Source of the DNA: a virus
Lineage: Duplodnaviria > Caudoviricetes
Virus record (IMG/VR): IMGVR_UViG_3300021959_007005
Reading direction: 5' to 3' (one strand)
Length of the DNA stretch: 64,000 nt
This document shows positions 17,030 through 26,450 of the stretch, piece by piece. The first letter of the stretch is position 1. Each line of letters starts with the position of its first letter. A program made the position numbers and the translations under genes. The notes beneath the pieces are model-generated. The model saw nothing but the letters and a program-made list of their open reading frames with translations. It made no database searches and was not told the origin of the DNA.

Positions 17030-18430
17030 TTACGTACTATATTTGTGCAAATGCTGCATTGACCACAAAAATAATTGATGATTTAACTGAGCATCAACAT
17101 TTAATGGTGCCATTGACAACCATATGGCACCTACACCCAGTTCAATTTTTTGCCAGTTATTTTTGTAAATATCTGAATCTCTGAATTTATTTAAACGTAT
17201 TAAGTCTTTTTCAGTAACAGTAACTCCATCAGTTACCATATGATTTAAGTTAATATTGTGCAGCCATAAGCTATGATAAAATTTACAGATATCATAAAAT
17301 ATGTCATTGACTACGCCAGCACGATGGTCTATATAATTTATACTATCTGGTGTTACAACGATATTGTCTAATACAAGATCCCCATGACATGGTCCTAGTA
17401 TCCCATTATTAAGTATATCCCAATTAATTGATTCAACTAGACGAGTACAATCGACATTAACACCATTAATGTCTAATACGCCGCCATACTTCTCGTCTTG
17501 ATCGCACATCATTTCAAAACGTTGCCAAGTCTTATCTTGCCACAATTCTTTATTATTAACAACTACATTGTTGTTTAAACAATATGTCCATAAATTTTCT
17601 AAGTTGTTGTAGATTCTATCATAATTTCCATTATACGGATTAACATCTCCATTAACAAATTCATAACTTAATGACGTTGGTGTACATATTACTGGTGATG
17701 GATGTGGAAATGTAGTATTTGTTACATTAATATTAGTTTCCGTACTAAACAGTTTAATTATTCTGTCATTTACTTTATATACTTCTTGATGTGACTTATC
17801 AAGAACTAAAAATTCATCCTCAAAATGAGTAAACGCTCCGCTACTGCTTTCTCTGTTTCCTACATCATACCAAGTATCTAATGCATGCTCATTTAAGTTG
17901 TTGAGCTCTTTTAATATCAATAAATCATTACGACTATGATTGCTGTCTTGGAGTATGCGATAATAATCTTTACTGTCTTTTATAAAACTTATGCCGCTAT
18001 ACACTGAGCAGTTATCTGAATCATAATATTCACTATTTTCTGGATAACATACGAACCAAGTATTTTCATCAACCAGAGGAACCAATGTACTCCAATTGTC
18101 ACATGCGTTATAGTAAAATGGCTTATCAAATACATACTCAGGTATTTGTTTAAAGCTAGCAATTTGGCCACTGTTCCAGTTTGCTATTTCGATAAATTCT
18201 ATATTTTTATATCCAGCATGTGTCAAGTATTCACGTACTCGATCACCTTCATACCCAAGAGTAATATATATTGTATCTATGTCAGTATAGCTAGCAATAA
18301 TATGATCTATTACAGCATATGGTCCAACACGATTTAATGTTTTATGAAATTTGGTATAGCCAGCACTCCTAGTACCAGGCCCACTACATGGAATAAGTAA
18401 GTTTTTGCATGTTTTGTGTATAGTCTTCAT
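17030..18430 (-). CDS. Fusion of a nucleotidyltransferase and an APH/choline-kinase-like domain
   Basis: N-terminal LIPCSGPGTR..KTL (GxGTR NTP-transferase signature), NACD; C-terminal CHGDLVLDNI, YIDHR, YDICK. Confidence 0.8.
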   Translation of the reverse strand: MKTIHKTCKNLLIPCSGPGTRSAGYTKFHKTLNRVGPYAVIDHIIASYTDIDTIYITLGYEGDRVREYLTHAGYKNIEFIEIANWNSGQIASFKQIPEYVFDKPFYYNACDNWSTLVPLVDENTWFVCYPENSEYYDSDNCSVYSGISFIKDSKDYYRILQDSNHSRNDLLILKELNNLNEHALDTWYDVGNRESSSGAFTHFEDEFLVLDKSHQEVYKVNDRIIKLFSTETNINVTNTTFPHPSPVICTPTSLSYEFVNGDVNPYNGNYDRIYNNLENLWTYCLNNNVVVNNKELWQDKTWQRFEMMCDQDEKYGGVLDINGVNVDCTRLVESINWDILNNGILGPCHGDLVLDNIVVTPDSINYIDHRAGVVNDIFYDICKFYHSLWLHNINLNHMVTDGVTVTEKDLIRLNKFRDSDIYKNNWQKIELGVGAIWLSMAPLNVDAQLNHQLFLWSMQHLHKYST

Positions 18431-19013
18431 TGAATATTATTTTACTTCCTGCTATTAACCGAATGTTGTCTTGATTTTTAAAACGCTCATATGTTTCATA
18501 TGTTACACCACCGTCTATTGTAACATGTCTTTGCGTATCTGTCAATTTATCCAAGTCAAAGAAGCTATTTTGTACTTTAATTCCTGGGTTATACGCCATA
18601 AGCAAAAAAGAGTCTACATCCAATCTATCACATATATTATCCATTTTTTGTACTGTGTGGTATGGCTTAAATGCTAATTTAAGTCTTGGGTCTTGACTTA
18701 AGAAGTCAACACAATGTTGTTCACTGTGAAAACTTTCATAGTGTGCAAATATAACATCTGCGCTGCTATTCAGTATTGCATCCCATGCAGGATTATTACA
18801 TGTTATCATGGCATGCACATCTATGTGTTCTGCAAAATGTTTTCTAGCTTCATCTATAGCTTCAGGGTGACATCCTAATCTAGGAACAAAACTGCCATCC
18901 ATAAAGTCCATGTGTAATCCTACTGATCCTTTTGCAAAACTTCTAGACAGATCGTTATGGGTGTTTCTAATATTAATCCAGCTATCACATATATAACTTA
19001 AACTTAATTGCAT
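18384..19013 (-). CDS. rpe: Ribulose-phosphate 3-epimerase family protein
   Basis: HMDFMDGSFVP, DVHAM, HYE, LMAYNPG, IDGGV, IAGS: the metal-binding H/D/H/D set is present. Confidence 0.85.
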   Translation of the reverse strand: MQLSLSYICDSWINIRNTHNDLSRSFAKGSVGLHMDFMDGSFVPRLGCHPEAIDEARKHFAEHIDVHAMITCNNPAWDAILNSSADVIFAHYESFHSEQHCVDFLSQDPRLKLAFKPYHTVQKMDNICDRLDVDSFLLMAYNPGIKVQNSFFDLDKLTDTQRHVTIDGGVTYETYERFKNQDNIRLIAGSKIIFNEDYTQNMQKLTYSM

Positions 19014-19020
19014 ATTTTGC

Positions 19021-19674
19021 CTACACTTTCTTTTTTCCTATTAACATATAACGATCATACTTTAATGTGGGTAATGTTTTACACAAATAAGTATTAATAT
19101 TACTTATGTGCATAAATTCCTTTAAATCTGTACAGCATCTAATATGCTCATCCAAGTCAATATAATTATTACTTTGCAATACAATAGTAGCATGATCTGG
19201 TTGATTACTTAACCATTGATCGTATTGTTCTTGTGTAATATGTTCGCAGCTAGTATTTACAACAACATCAGCAGTCTTATCTACAAATGTTGTCATATCT
19301 GCGGTTATTGCACTAAATTTTCCTTGATCCAAATAAAGTGTATTTACTGTGTTTGCAATTTCTTCACACACAGGATCTATATCTACACTTTTAATTGTGT
19401 TTATATTAATATTAGAGTTAAATAATATACTTGCAAGTACTCCATTCCACCCACCGTATATAACAATATCTAACGGTCTGACAGGCACAAACCCTACTAG
19501 GTTCTCAGCTAACCATATTTTACTATTAACTTGGCCCTTCCAAAAACTTTCAAGTGTGCGATATCGGTCATCACTATCGCGAATCGCATCCATCCAAAAT
19601 AATACATCTTGTATGTTAATTTTCATTGGCATTCCGTATAGCTCAATAGGAAGTAACGGTGATTTGGAATTCAT
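19021..19674 (-). CDS. Class I SAM-dependent methyltransferase-like protein
   Basis: VIYGGWNGVLA, SVDIDP, VNTSCEH, VLQSNN; start moved to ATG 19674; paralog of 10909..11988. Confidence 0.65.
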   Translation of the reverse strand: MNSKSPLLPIELYGMPMKINIQDVLFWMDAIRDSDDRYRTLESFWKGQVNSKIWLAENLVGFVPVRPLDIVIYGGWNGVLASILFNSNININTIKSVDIDPVCEEIANTVNTLYLDQGKFSAITADMTTFVDKTADVVVNTSCEHITQEQYDQWLSNQPDHATIVLQSNNYIDLDEHIRCCTDLKEFMHISNINTYLCKTLPTLKYDRYMLIGKKKV

Positions 19675-19694
19675 TATTGCTCTCTTAAGGTTAC

Positions 19695-19701
19695 ATAAAT
19701 A
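19695..19701 (+). promoter_or_regulatory. Late-promoter motif upstream of the plus-strand ugd operon
   Basis: ATAAATA in a divergent intergenic gap, inside the inverted repeat ACATAA-atac-TTATGT. Confidence 0.5.
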
Positions 19702-19736
19702 CTTATGTACGTATATAATAAAGGATTTTTTACAAA

Positions 19737-20972
19737 ATGTCAAATGTTGGGTTTATAGGGGTTGGTAAACTAGGTATGCCTTGTGCAGAAGCAATAGCTA
19801 AAAAAGGTCATTATGTGGTTGGTTACGATATATCATCTAGACATAGTGATATTATTAAAACTGTGGAAACTATTAAAGAAGTTACACAAGGTAAAGATAT
19901 TGTATTTGTTGCTGTTCCAACACCACATGATCCTAAGTATGATGGAGATGCACCTACTGCACACTTGGATCCAAAAGATTTTAGTTACGATATTGTTAAA
20001 CAGTGTTTAGCAGAAGCTAACAAATACATGAACAAAGATCAATTATTAATCCTAATTAGTACAGTATTGCCTGGAACAACAAGAAGAGAATTTATCGATC
20101 TCGTTCCAAATACAAGATTTATATACAATCCATATTTAATTGCAATGGGCAGTGTAGCATGGGATATGGTAAATCCCGAAATGGTTATGATTGGCACAGA
20201 AGACGGAAGTGAAACAGGCGATGCAAAAAAATTAGTAGACTTCTACAAGACTATAATGGAAAACAATCCACGCTACGTAATAGGTACATGGGACGAGTGT
20301 GAATGTATCAAAGTATTTTATAACACATTTATTAGTGCTAAGTTAGGGCTAGTTAATATGATACAAGATGTTGCAGAAAAGCAAGGAAATATTAATGTAG
20401 ACGTTGTCACAAAAGCACTTGCTGAAAGTGATATGAGAATTATGGGTAAACAATTTATGACAGCAGGAATGGGCGACGGTGGTGCATGTCATCCAAGAGA
20501 TAATATCGCACTACGTTATATGGCAGAAAAATTAGATTTAGGTTACGACTTATTTGATAGCATTATGAATGCTAGAGAAATTCAAGCACAAAATATGGCT
20601 AAATCTGTTGCACATCTAGCAAAATTGCATCGCATGCCAGTGGTTATACACGGAAAAGCATACAAACCAAATGTACCATATCAAGAAGGCAGCTATAGCA
20701 AACTAGTAGGACATTATGTAGCACAAGCAGGTATCAGTGATATAAATTATGTTGATCCGCAAACAGACGACTATTATAAACCCACTGGTCCTTGCGTGTT
20801 TTTGCTTGCACATAGTGCTAGTATCACATACGAATATACTGGTAAATTACAAGAAGATAAATTATATTGTGATATTCCAGACGGTAGTATTGTAGTTGAC
20901 CCATGGCGTAAGTTCCAAAGCGATACTTGTACAGTTATACATTATGGAAATTCCAGGGAAATAAATAACTAG
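19737..20972 (+). CDS. ugd: UDP-glucose/GDP-mannose dehydrogenase family
   Basis: GFIGVGKLG Rossmann fold; IKVFYN; catalytic GDGGACHPRD; C-terminal GKAYKP. Confidence 0.92.
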   Translation: MSNVGFIGVGKLGMPCAEAIAKKGHYVVGYDISSRHSDIIKTVETIKEVTQGKDIVFVAVPTPHDPKYDGDAPTAHLDPKDFSYDIVKQCLAEANKYMNKDQLLILISTVLPGTTRREFIDLVPNTRFIYNPYLIAMGSVAWDMVNPEMVMIGTEDGSETGDAKKLVDFYKTIMENNPRYVIGTWDECECIKVFYNTFISAKLGLVNMIQDVAEKQGNINVDVVTKALAESDMRIMGKQFMTAGMGDGGACHPRDNIALRYMAEKLDLGYDLFDSIMNAREIQAQNMAKSVAHLAKLHRMPVVIHGKAYKPNVPYQEGSYSKLVGHYVAQAGISDINYVDPQTDDYYKPTGPCVFLLAHSASITYEYTGKLQEDKLYCDIPDGSIVVDPWRKFQSDTCTVIHYGNSREINN

Positions 20973-20973
20973 T

Positions 20974-22851
20974 ATGAAAAACGTTTATCTCAGTCAGATG
21001 AGTTTAGAACTACCTGGTTCTAAATATTATTACTTTCCCTACAGTGTTGGTGTAGTATGGTGTTACGCATCAAATGATCCAGTAGTTAAAGAAAATTATC
21101 AATTGAAAGAACTTTATTTTTTAAAAGATGATCTTGATACTATAGTCAATAATATGGAAGATCCTGCTGTTCTAGGACTTAGTAGTTATATATGGAATAC
21201 TAATTATAATGAAGAGTTTGCTAAGAAAGTTAAAGCACGTTGGCCAGAATGTAAGATTATTGTCGGTGGCGCAAATGCACCGGACAGTGATATAGAATAT
21301 TTTAAAAACAAACCATATATTGATTATCTTATACACCAAGAGGGAGAAATTAGTTTTCTCGGGCTTCTTAAAAGTTTTATAGGCGAACAAGATGAAGAGA
21401 AAGTACCTGGTATTAGTATTAACCGCAATGGTGAAAGAATTACAACAGGTAAAAGTGTCAGAGTCAATGACTTAACTAATGTACCCAGTCCATACTTAAC
21501 TGGATTATTCGATGACATTATAGCCAAGTACAGCAATCGTGATGATATGATATTAAACGGTATTATTGAAACTAACAGAGGGTGTCCATTCATGTGTACG
21601 TTCTGTGATTGGGGAGGTACTACATTTAGTAAAGTTAAGAAGTTCGATATAACAAGAATTGAAGCAGAAGTTAAATGGTTTGCTGAAAACAAAATTGAAT
21701 ACATCAACAACACTGATGCTAACTTTGGCATATTTAAAGAACGTGATATGGCTATTACTGATATGCTTATTGCTACAAAAGAAAAATATGGTTTCCCAGA
21801 AATATTTGATACAAACTGGAATAAAAATAACAATCAGGCAACAGTAGAGATGGCAAGCAAATTGTTAAATGCTGGTATGATGCGTAGATTTACTGCTAGC
21901 TTACAAAGTATGAACCCTGATGTACTTAAAGCTATTAAACGCACAAACCTAAATGGTGAGCAACTGGATAATATTGTAGATGATGCACGTAAGATTGGTA
22001 TTAGTGTTAGTACTGAGATGATTGTTGGATTGCCGGAAGAAACATACGAAAGTTGGAAGGAAGGTATTTGCCAACTACTAAAAGATGATTTCATTGTGGA
22101 AAGTTATCCACTTGCATTGTTGCAAAATAGTGAAATGAATGATCCTGTATATAAAGAGAAATATGGAATTATCACAAAGAAAGTAAAAAGTTATTTTAGT
22201 AACTATGTAGACGAATGGCAAGATATGGTTGTAGGCACACGTACTATGCCAGAAAACATGATGAGTCGTGTGTGGTTGTGGACCTGGTTAACAAACAAAC
22301 TCGAAGCAAACGGATTTACGCATCTTCTTAGTCGTTACTTAGAAAAGTATCATAACATTGAACAAAAAGATTTCTATGAGGCTTTACTAGAAACATTCTT
22401 GAATAACGAAGACAGTGTCTATTACCCGCACCTACAAAAATGGGGGAAACATGCTGCAGATTTACAATTCCAATACTTTATAGCAGGATTTATATACGGA
22501 GAAGTATTAGTAGATATTGGACAATACCGTAGAGCAAAATTCTTTAAAGAAGTTTATGAAGTTGCAAATAGCTTGTTGGATAAATTTGACCCTATGCTAA
22601 GTCAAGTTATCGATCTTCAGGAAAAAATTCAGAGACAAAAAGGCGAACACAAACATGTAATCAGATGTGATGCTAACCTATATGAGTATATTGTAGAAAA
22701 TAAAAAATTAGAATTAGAAGAAACGAACTACGTGATTACAAATAAAAATATACAAGAGCGATTCGAAGGCGACTGGATAGCTTTTCTGAACTTTGCTCGC
22801 AAAAATAAGGGATGGACCAATGAGTTGGAAACAGCCCAAATGTCAGTATAG
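20974..22851 (+). CDS. Cobalamin-binding (class B) radical SAM protein
   Basis: N-terminal B12 domain (LGLSSYIWN, IIVGGAN, EGE); ETNRGCPFMCTFCDW; DANFG; EMIVGLPEET. Confidence 0.9.
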   Translation: MKNVYLSQMSLELPGSKYYYFPYSVGVVWCYASNDPVVKENYQLKELYFLKDDLDTIVNNMEDPAVLGLSSYIWNTNYNEEFAKKVKARWPECKIIVGGANAPDSDIEYFKNKPYIDYLIHQEGEISFLGLLKSFIGEQDEEKVPGISINRNGERITTGKSVRVNDLTNVPSPYLTGLFDDIIAKYSNRDDMILNGIIETNRGCPFMCTFCDWGGTTFSKVKKFDITRIEAEVKWFAENKIEYINNTDANFGIFKERDMAITDMLIATKEKYGFPEIFDTNWNKNNNQATVEMASKLLNAGMMRRFTASLQSMNPDVLKAIKRTNLNGEQLDNIVDDARKIGISVSTEMIVGLPEETYESWKEGICQLLKDDFIVESYPLALLQNSEMNDPVYKEKYGIITKKVKSYFSNYVDEWQDMVVGTRTMPENMMSRVWLWTWLTNKLEANGFTHLLSRYLEKYHNIEQKDFYEALLETFLNNEDSVYYPHLQKWGKHAADLQFQYFIAGFIYGEVLVDIGQYRRAKFFKEVYEVANSLLDKFDPMLSQVIDLQEKIQRQKGEHKHVIRCDANLYEYIVENKKLELEETNYVITNKNIQERFEGDWIAFLNFARKNKGWTNELETAQMSV

Positions 22852-22862
22852 AGAGTATATTA

Positions 22863-23825
22863 TTATTTGAAAGAATAAGTATTATTTGATAATGTAACTG
22901 ATGTTTTAACAATATCAGTGTCAAAAATTATTTTGTCAAGTGTACACTGTTGCCCATACTTCAAAAACCATTGCCTGTCCTTCTGAGATCCATTATGATT
23001 TATTCCCATAATATGACGTCCAGGACGGTGTATCCAATGATTAACGTCTACACCGTATTGTGCAATGTTATGCTCTTTTGCAAGTTTATTCATCCATTCA
23101 ATTCTTTCTTTATCTGTTTGTTCTGTATTAGTGATAATATTATCAGATTGTGGTACACAGATAGCAAACCACGGGCTTACAGTTTCCTTAGGAACCATTT
23201 CCTGTCTTTCAAGTAAATGAAAATGTTTATCATTTAATATCATTTCTAAATCTTTACCCAGACTGGCATAACTTAAAAATAAACAATGTTTTTTTGTAAA
23301 GTCAGTATTTTTTGATTTTTGATCATCTTGTGTTAGGTATTTTAAATCTTGCGGATCATCCGCTGCATGCCATTGTTTTAATACACTTCTTAAATAACTT
23401 TGTAGTCCATTACCAGAAGACATTGCAGCTTCTAGTGTGTGTATCTGATGATTTAATTCAATTAAGATCTTTTTAAATTCAGGGTCATCATTACTATTAA
23501 CAATATTTACATTTTCAGCAAAATCGTCGTGAATCACATTTAGCATTTCCTGAGTATACGGCGGCTTGTCCCATCCTTCTACAATATCGACACCGTACTG
23601 ATTGACTAAACTTTGACATCTAACAAAAACTTCATTATGGTAGTAGTCGAGAGAATTAATAGTTGTTGGTGACTCACTATTCATTTCAAAATCTACATGG
23701 CCCGTATCTCTATAAAATTTCCAAAGTTTTAACCATTTTTCTACTACAGTGTGATCTGTTTGTAAAGTATAGTCTAGCGAAATACTTTCATCACCACAAG
23801 AATATATTAGTGTTACCATATTCAT
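22863..23825 (-). CDS. Hypothetical protein, paralog of 25470..26450
   Basis: Shared motifs: IHDDF/LHEYF, LNHQIHTLE/INYLVHKME, YASLGKD/YATVGKD, GRHIMG/GRIRLG. Confidence 0.75.
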   Translation of the reverse strand: MNMVTLIYSCGDESISLDYTLQTDHTVVEKWLKLWKFYRDTGHVDFEMNSESPTTINSLDYYHNEVFVRCQSLVNQYGVDIVEGWDKPPYTQEMLNVIHDDFAENVNIVNSNDDPEFKKILIELNHQIHTLEAAMSSGNGLQSYLRSVLKQWHAADDPQDLKYLTQDDQKSKNTDFTKKHCLFLSYASLGKDLEMILNDKHFHLLERQEMVPKETVSPWFAICVPQSDNIITNTEQTDKERIEWMNKLAKEHNIAQYGVDVNHWIHRPGRHIMGINHNGSQKDRQWFLKYGQQCTLDKIIFDTDIVKTSVTLSNNTYSFK

Positions 23826-23857
23826 AATTATAAAGATCCTCTATATATGTTAAATAC

Positions 23858-23871
23858 TATTTATATAAATA
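23858..23871. promoter_or_regulatory. Perfect palindrome TATTTATATAAATA, equal to two overlapping exact T4 late promoters (TATAAATA)
   Basis: TATAAATA reads outward on both strands between divergent genes. Confidence 0.75.
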
Positions 23872-23894
23872 AGTATGTAGTTAATGGATACCCA

Positions 23895-24410
23895 ATGAAA
23901 GCACTGATAATTATTGATATGTGGGATAGATATCATCCTGGGCATACAAGATTTCAAAACATACTAGAACAAACTGTTAATAGATTAAGTAATGTAATAA
24001 AAAGATGGCAAGGGCCTGTTGTACTAGCTTGCTATAATACACACAAAGATCTAGTTACAAATCAATGGCAGACTACTAATTTGCCGTGGACTAGTCCTAA
24101 CTTGTTGCTTGAAATAACAACAAATGATCATTCCAACAGTATTATTGATTGGGATAAGGATAGTGTGTTTGAATTTTTAGTAAAACACAACACAACAGAA
24201 CTTGTGTATGCAGGTGCTAGTTTGCCTGGATGTATATTAGATAGACCGCTTGGAATAAAATCAATGCAACAACATTTTAATTGTAGTGTACTAATAGATT
24301 GTGCTATAAACTTAACCAGTACAGGTTATAATGAACAAGAAATAATCCATGACGCTTATAGATTTGCCCTCAATAACAACTACAATTTGTACACGAGTAA
24401 TAACATATGA
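23895..24410 (+). CDS. Isochorismatase/cysteine-hydrolase-like protein
   Basis: MKALIIIDMW (catalytic Asp), LVYAGASLPGCI (catalytic Cys), VLIDC; start moved to 23895. Confidence 0.65.
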   Translation: MKALIIIDMWDRYHPGHTRFQNILEQTVNRLSNVIKRWQGPVVLACYNTHKDLVTNQWQTTNLPWTSPNLLLEITTNDHSNSIIDWDKDSVFEFLVKHNTTELVYAGASLPGCILDRPLGIKSMQQHFNCSVLIDCAINLTSTGYNEQEIIHDAYRFALNNNYNLYTSNNI

Positions 24411-25495
24411 TACCAGCTGAATTTTATAAAACAAAATTAGACGCTTATAGTCAAAGATATCTATATCGTCAGTATGTACGTCAACGCACAGCCCAAGATG
24501 AAAAATTTGTATTTTTTATTGCTACCACTGATCGGGATGCTCCACCAGGTAGATACGTAAATTCTAATAAAGGATTATTTAATTGGTTAGATGATATTAT
24601 ATTGCCCTTGGAAATAATACAAAGTGTACATAATAAAAAGTGTAGTATAATAATAGATGATTCTATAGAAGGTTTTGAAACAGAATGGGTACATCCTGGT
24701 ATTTGTAATTTTTTAAATAGAAACCAAATATCCGGAGAACAAGTTTATTATGTTACAGGTAATACAGGATTTAATTCAGTTACTGAATACAATGTAATAA
24801 AAGATCATTTTGTAGTTGAAGTCGCGAATCAAAATTGGGATAAAATGCACACAGATACTGTGAGTCAGATATCACAGCAACGAGCATCACAGGATTGGCT
24901 TTTTGAATTTATCTGTTTACAACAACGTCCTCGTGATTTTAGAGTAACACTTAGAAACAAACTAAGAAATTTGTATACAACACAAACAAGTGTTTGTACT
25001 ATGAAAACAGGAACCCCTGGCGAATACATATACGATAGCGATTGGATAGAAAGTAATCCGCTGGATTCAAAGTTACAAAGTGTTTATGAATGGTGGGAAA
25101 TAGAACCTAATAACTTTGCACGTAGTAAGGTTGCAGTGGTAAGCGAGTGCAGTTATCAAGGATTAGATAAGAAGTTTGTTACTGAAAAAACTTTAAAAAA
25201 TTTGCTATTCCCTCAACCTTTTGTACTATGCGGGCATCAGCATCAGATTCAGGAACTTCGTAATATTGGATTTAATTTCTACGATAATATCGTAGATCAC
25301 AGTTATGACGCACAAGATGATACCACACGTATGGATTCAATGATAAAAGAATTAGATAGGTTAATTAACAAACAAGTATTGTTAGATGAATGTCTTGAAG
25401 TGGTTAATCATAACAAACAAGTTGCAAATTTATATAAGCCTTACAAAACAGCATTAGAAATGATATACTATGACACAGATAACCTTAGCATTTAG
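24407..25495 (+). CDS. Putative glycosyltransferase (GT10-like C-terminus), paralog of 26447..27751
   Basis: VVSEC..FVTEKTLK..PFVLCG..LRNIGFNFYD..VDHSYD. Confidence 0.45.
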   Translation: MIPAEFYKTKLDAYSQRYLYRQYVRQRTAQDEKFVFFIATTDRDAPPGRYVNSNKGLFNWLDDIILPLEIIQSVHNKKCSIIIDDSIEGFETEWVHPGICNFLNRNQISGEQVYYVTGNTGFNSVTEYNVIKDHFVVEVANQNWDKMHTDTVSQISQQRASQDWLFEFICLQQRPRDFRVTLRNKLRNLYTTQTSVCTMKTGTPGEYIYDSDWIESNPLDSKLQSVYEWWEIEPNNFARSKVAVVSECSYQGLDKKFVTEKTLKNLLFPQPFVLCGHQHQIQELRNIGFNFYDNIVDHSYDAQDDTTRMDSMIKELDRLINKQVLLDECLEVVNHNKQVANLYKPYKTALEMIYYDTDNLSI

Positions 25496-26450
25496 TGAAT
25501 TGCCAAGATCAGAGTTTGATAATACTGATCCCAATGGCTCTAGCCAACTTACAACTAGTGCTGACGAAATACTCGATAATCAATTACATTCTCTAAAAAC
25601 TATTAAATTCAATGTAGTAGATACTGAATATTCACGTATATTTTTAGACCAATGGGAACGTACAAAAACCGTTGACAATACAAGATCAATTATATACAAT
25701 GTATATGAGGAAATCAGTAAAGAACAATTAGTTGTTAACCAAAAAGAAATGTTGGCAACAATTGAAACTATCACAAAAAACTGGCCTGAATATCCAATTC
25801 CAGATGATATTGTAATCGTAATTAACGAAGATGATCAACAATTGGCCAAATTAAATGCATTGCATGAATATTTTGAAGACACAAGTCATGCTAACAATAG
25901 CAGTGAAAAAAATATCGAACTTTATAATCTATTAGAAAGAATAAATTACCTAGTTCATAAAATGGAAAGTGGCGCTAGTACGTCACCGTTACGACATACA
26001 GTTATTAGAGCAGATAGTAGAATTGAGGAACATTATCGTTTAACGACAGAAGACTATGCAAATTTTGAAGCTATTCAAAGTGGAATACTATACATTGACT
26101 ATGCTACTGTAGGGAAAGATTTTCATACATGTCGTGTCACCAATGACATTGAATTAGTTAAATTAAAAAAAGTAAGTCCACAAGAGTTTATTTTACCTAG
26201 TATGATTTTTACAGTAGAACATCGGGGACGACAAAATGAAAAATTCTACAAAGCTCGTAGTAGAGCAATGAAAAGGCATGCAGAGTACTGGGTCAACAAA
26301 AATAATTTGTCTGAATATATTGATGTTAATGATCCCAAGCATACGTACGGTCGTATACGATTGGGAGAACCTGTTAATGAAATAACTATAGATCAATTAA
26401 CAGATATAAATTCTACCCATCCGTATTTGTATGGGGCATATATCGAATGA
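25470..26450 (+). CDS. Hypothetical protein, paralog of 22863..23825
   Basis: See the shared motifs listed for 22863..23825; overlaps both neighbours. Confidence 0.75.
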   Translation: MTQITLAFSELPRSEFDNTDPNGSSQLTTSADEILDNQLHSLKTIKFNVVDTEYSRIFLDQWERTKTVDNTRSIIYNVYEEISKEQLVVNQKEMLATIETITKNWPEYPIPDDIVIVINEDDQQLAKLNALHEYFEDTSHANNSSEKNIELYNLLERINYLVHKMESGASTSPLRHTVIRADSRIEEHYRLTTEDYANFEAIQSGILYIDYATVGKDFHTCRVTNDIELVKLKKVSPQEFILPSMIFTVEHRGRQNEKFYKARSRAMKRHAEYWVNKNNLSEYIDVNDPKHTYGRIRLGEPVNEITIDQLTDINSTHPYLYGAYIE

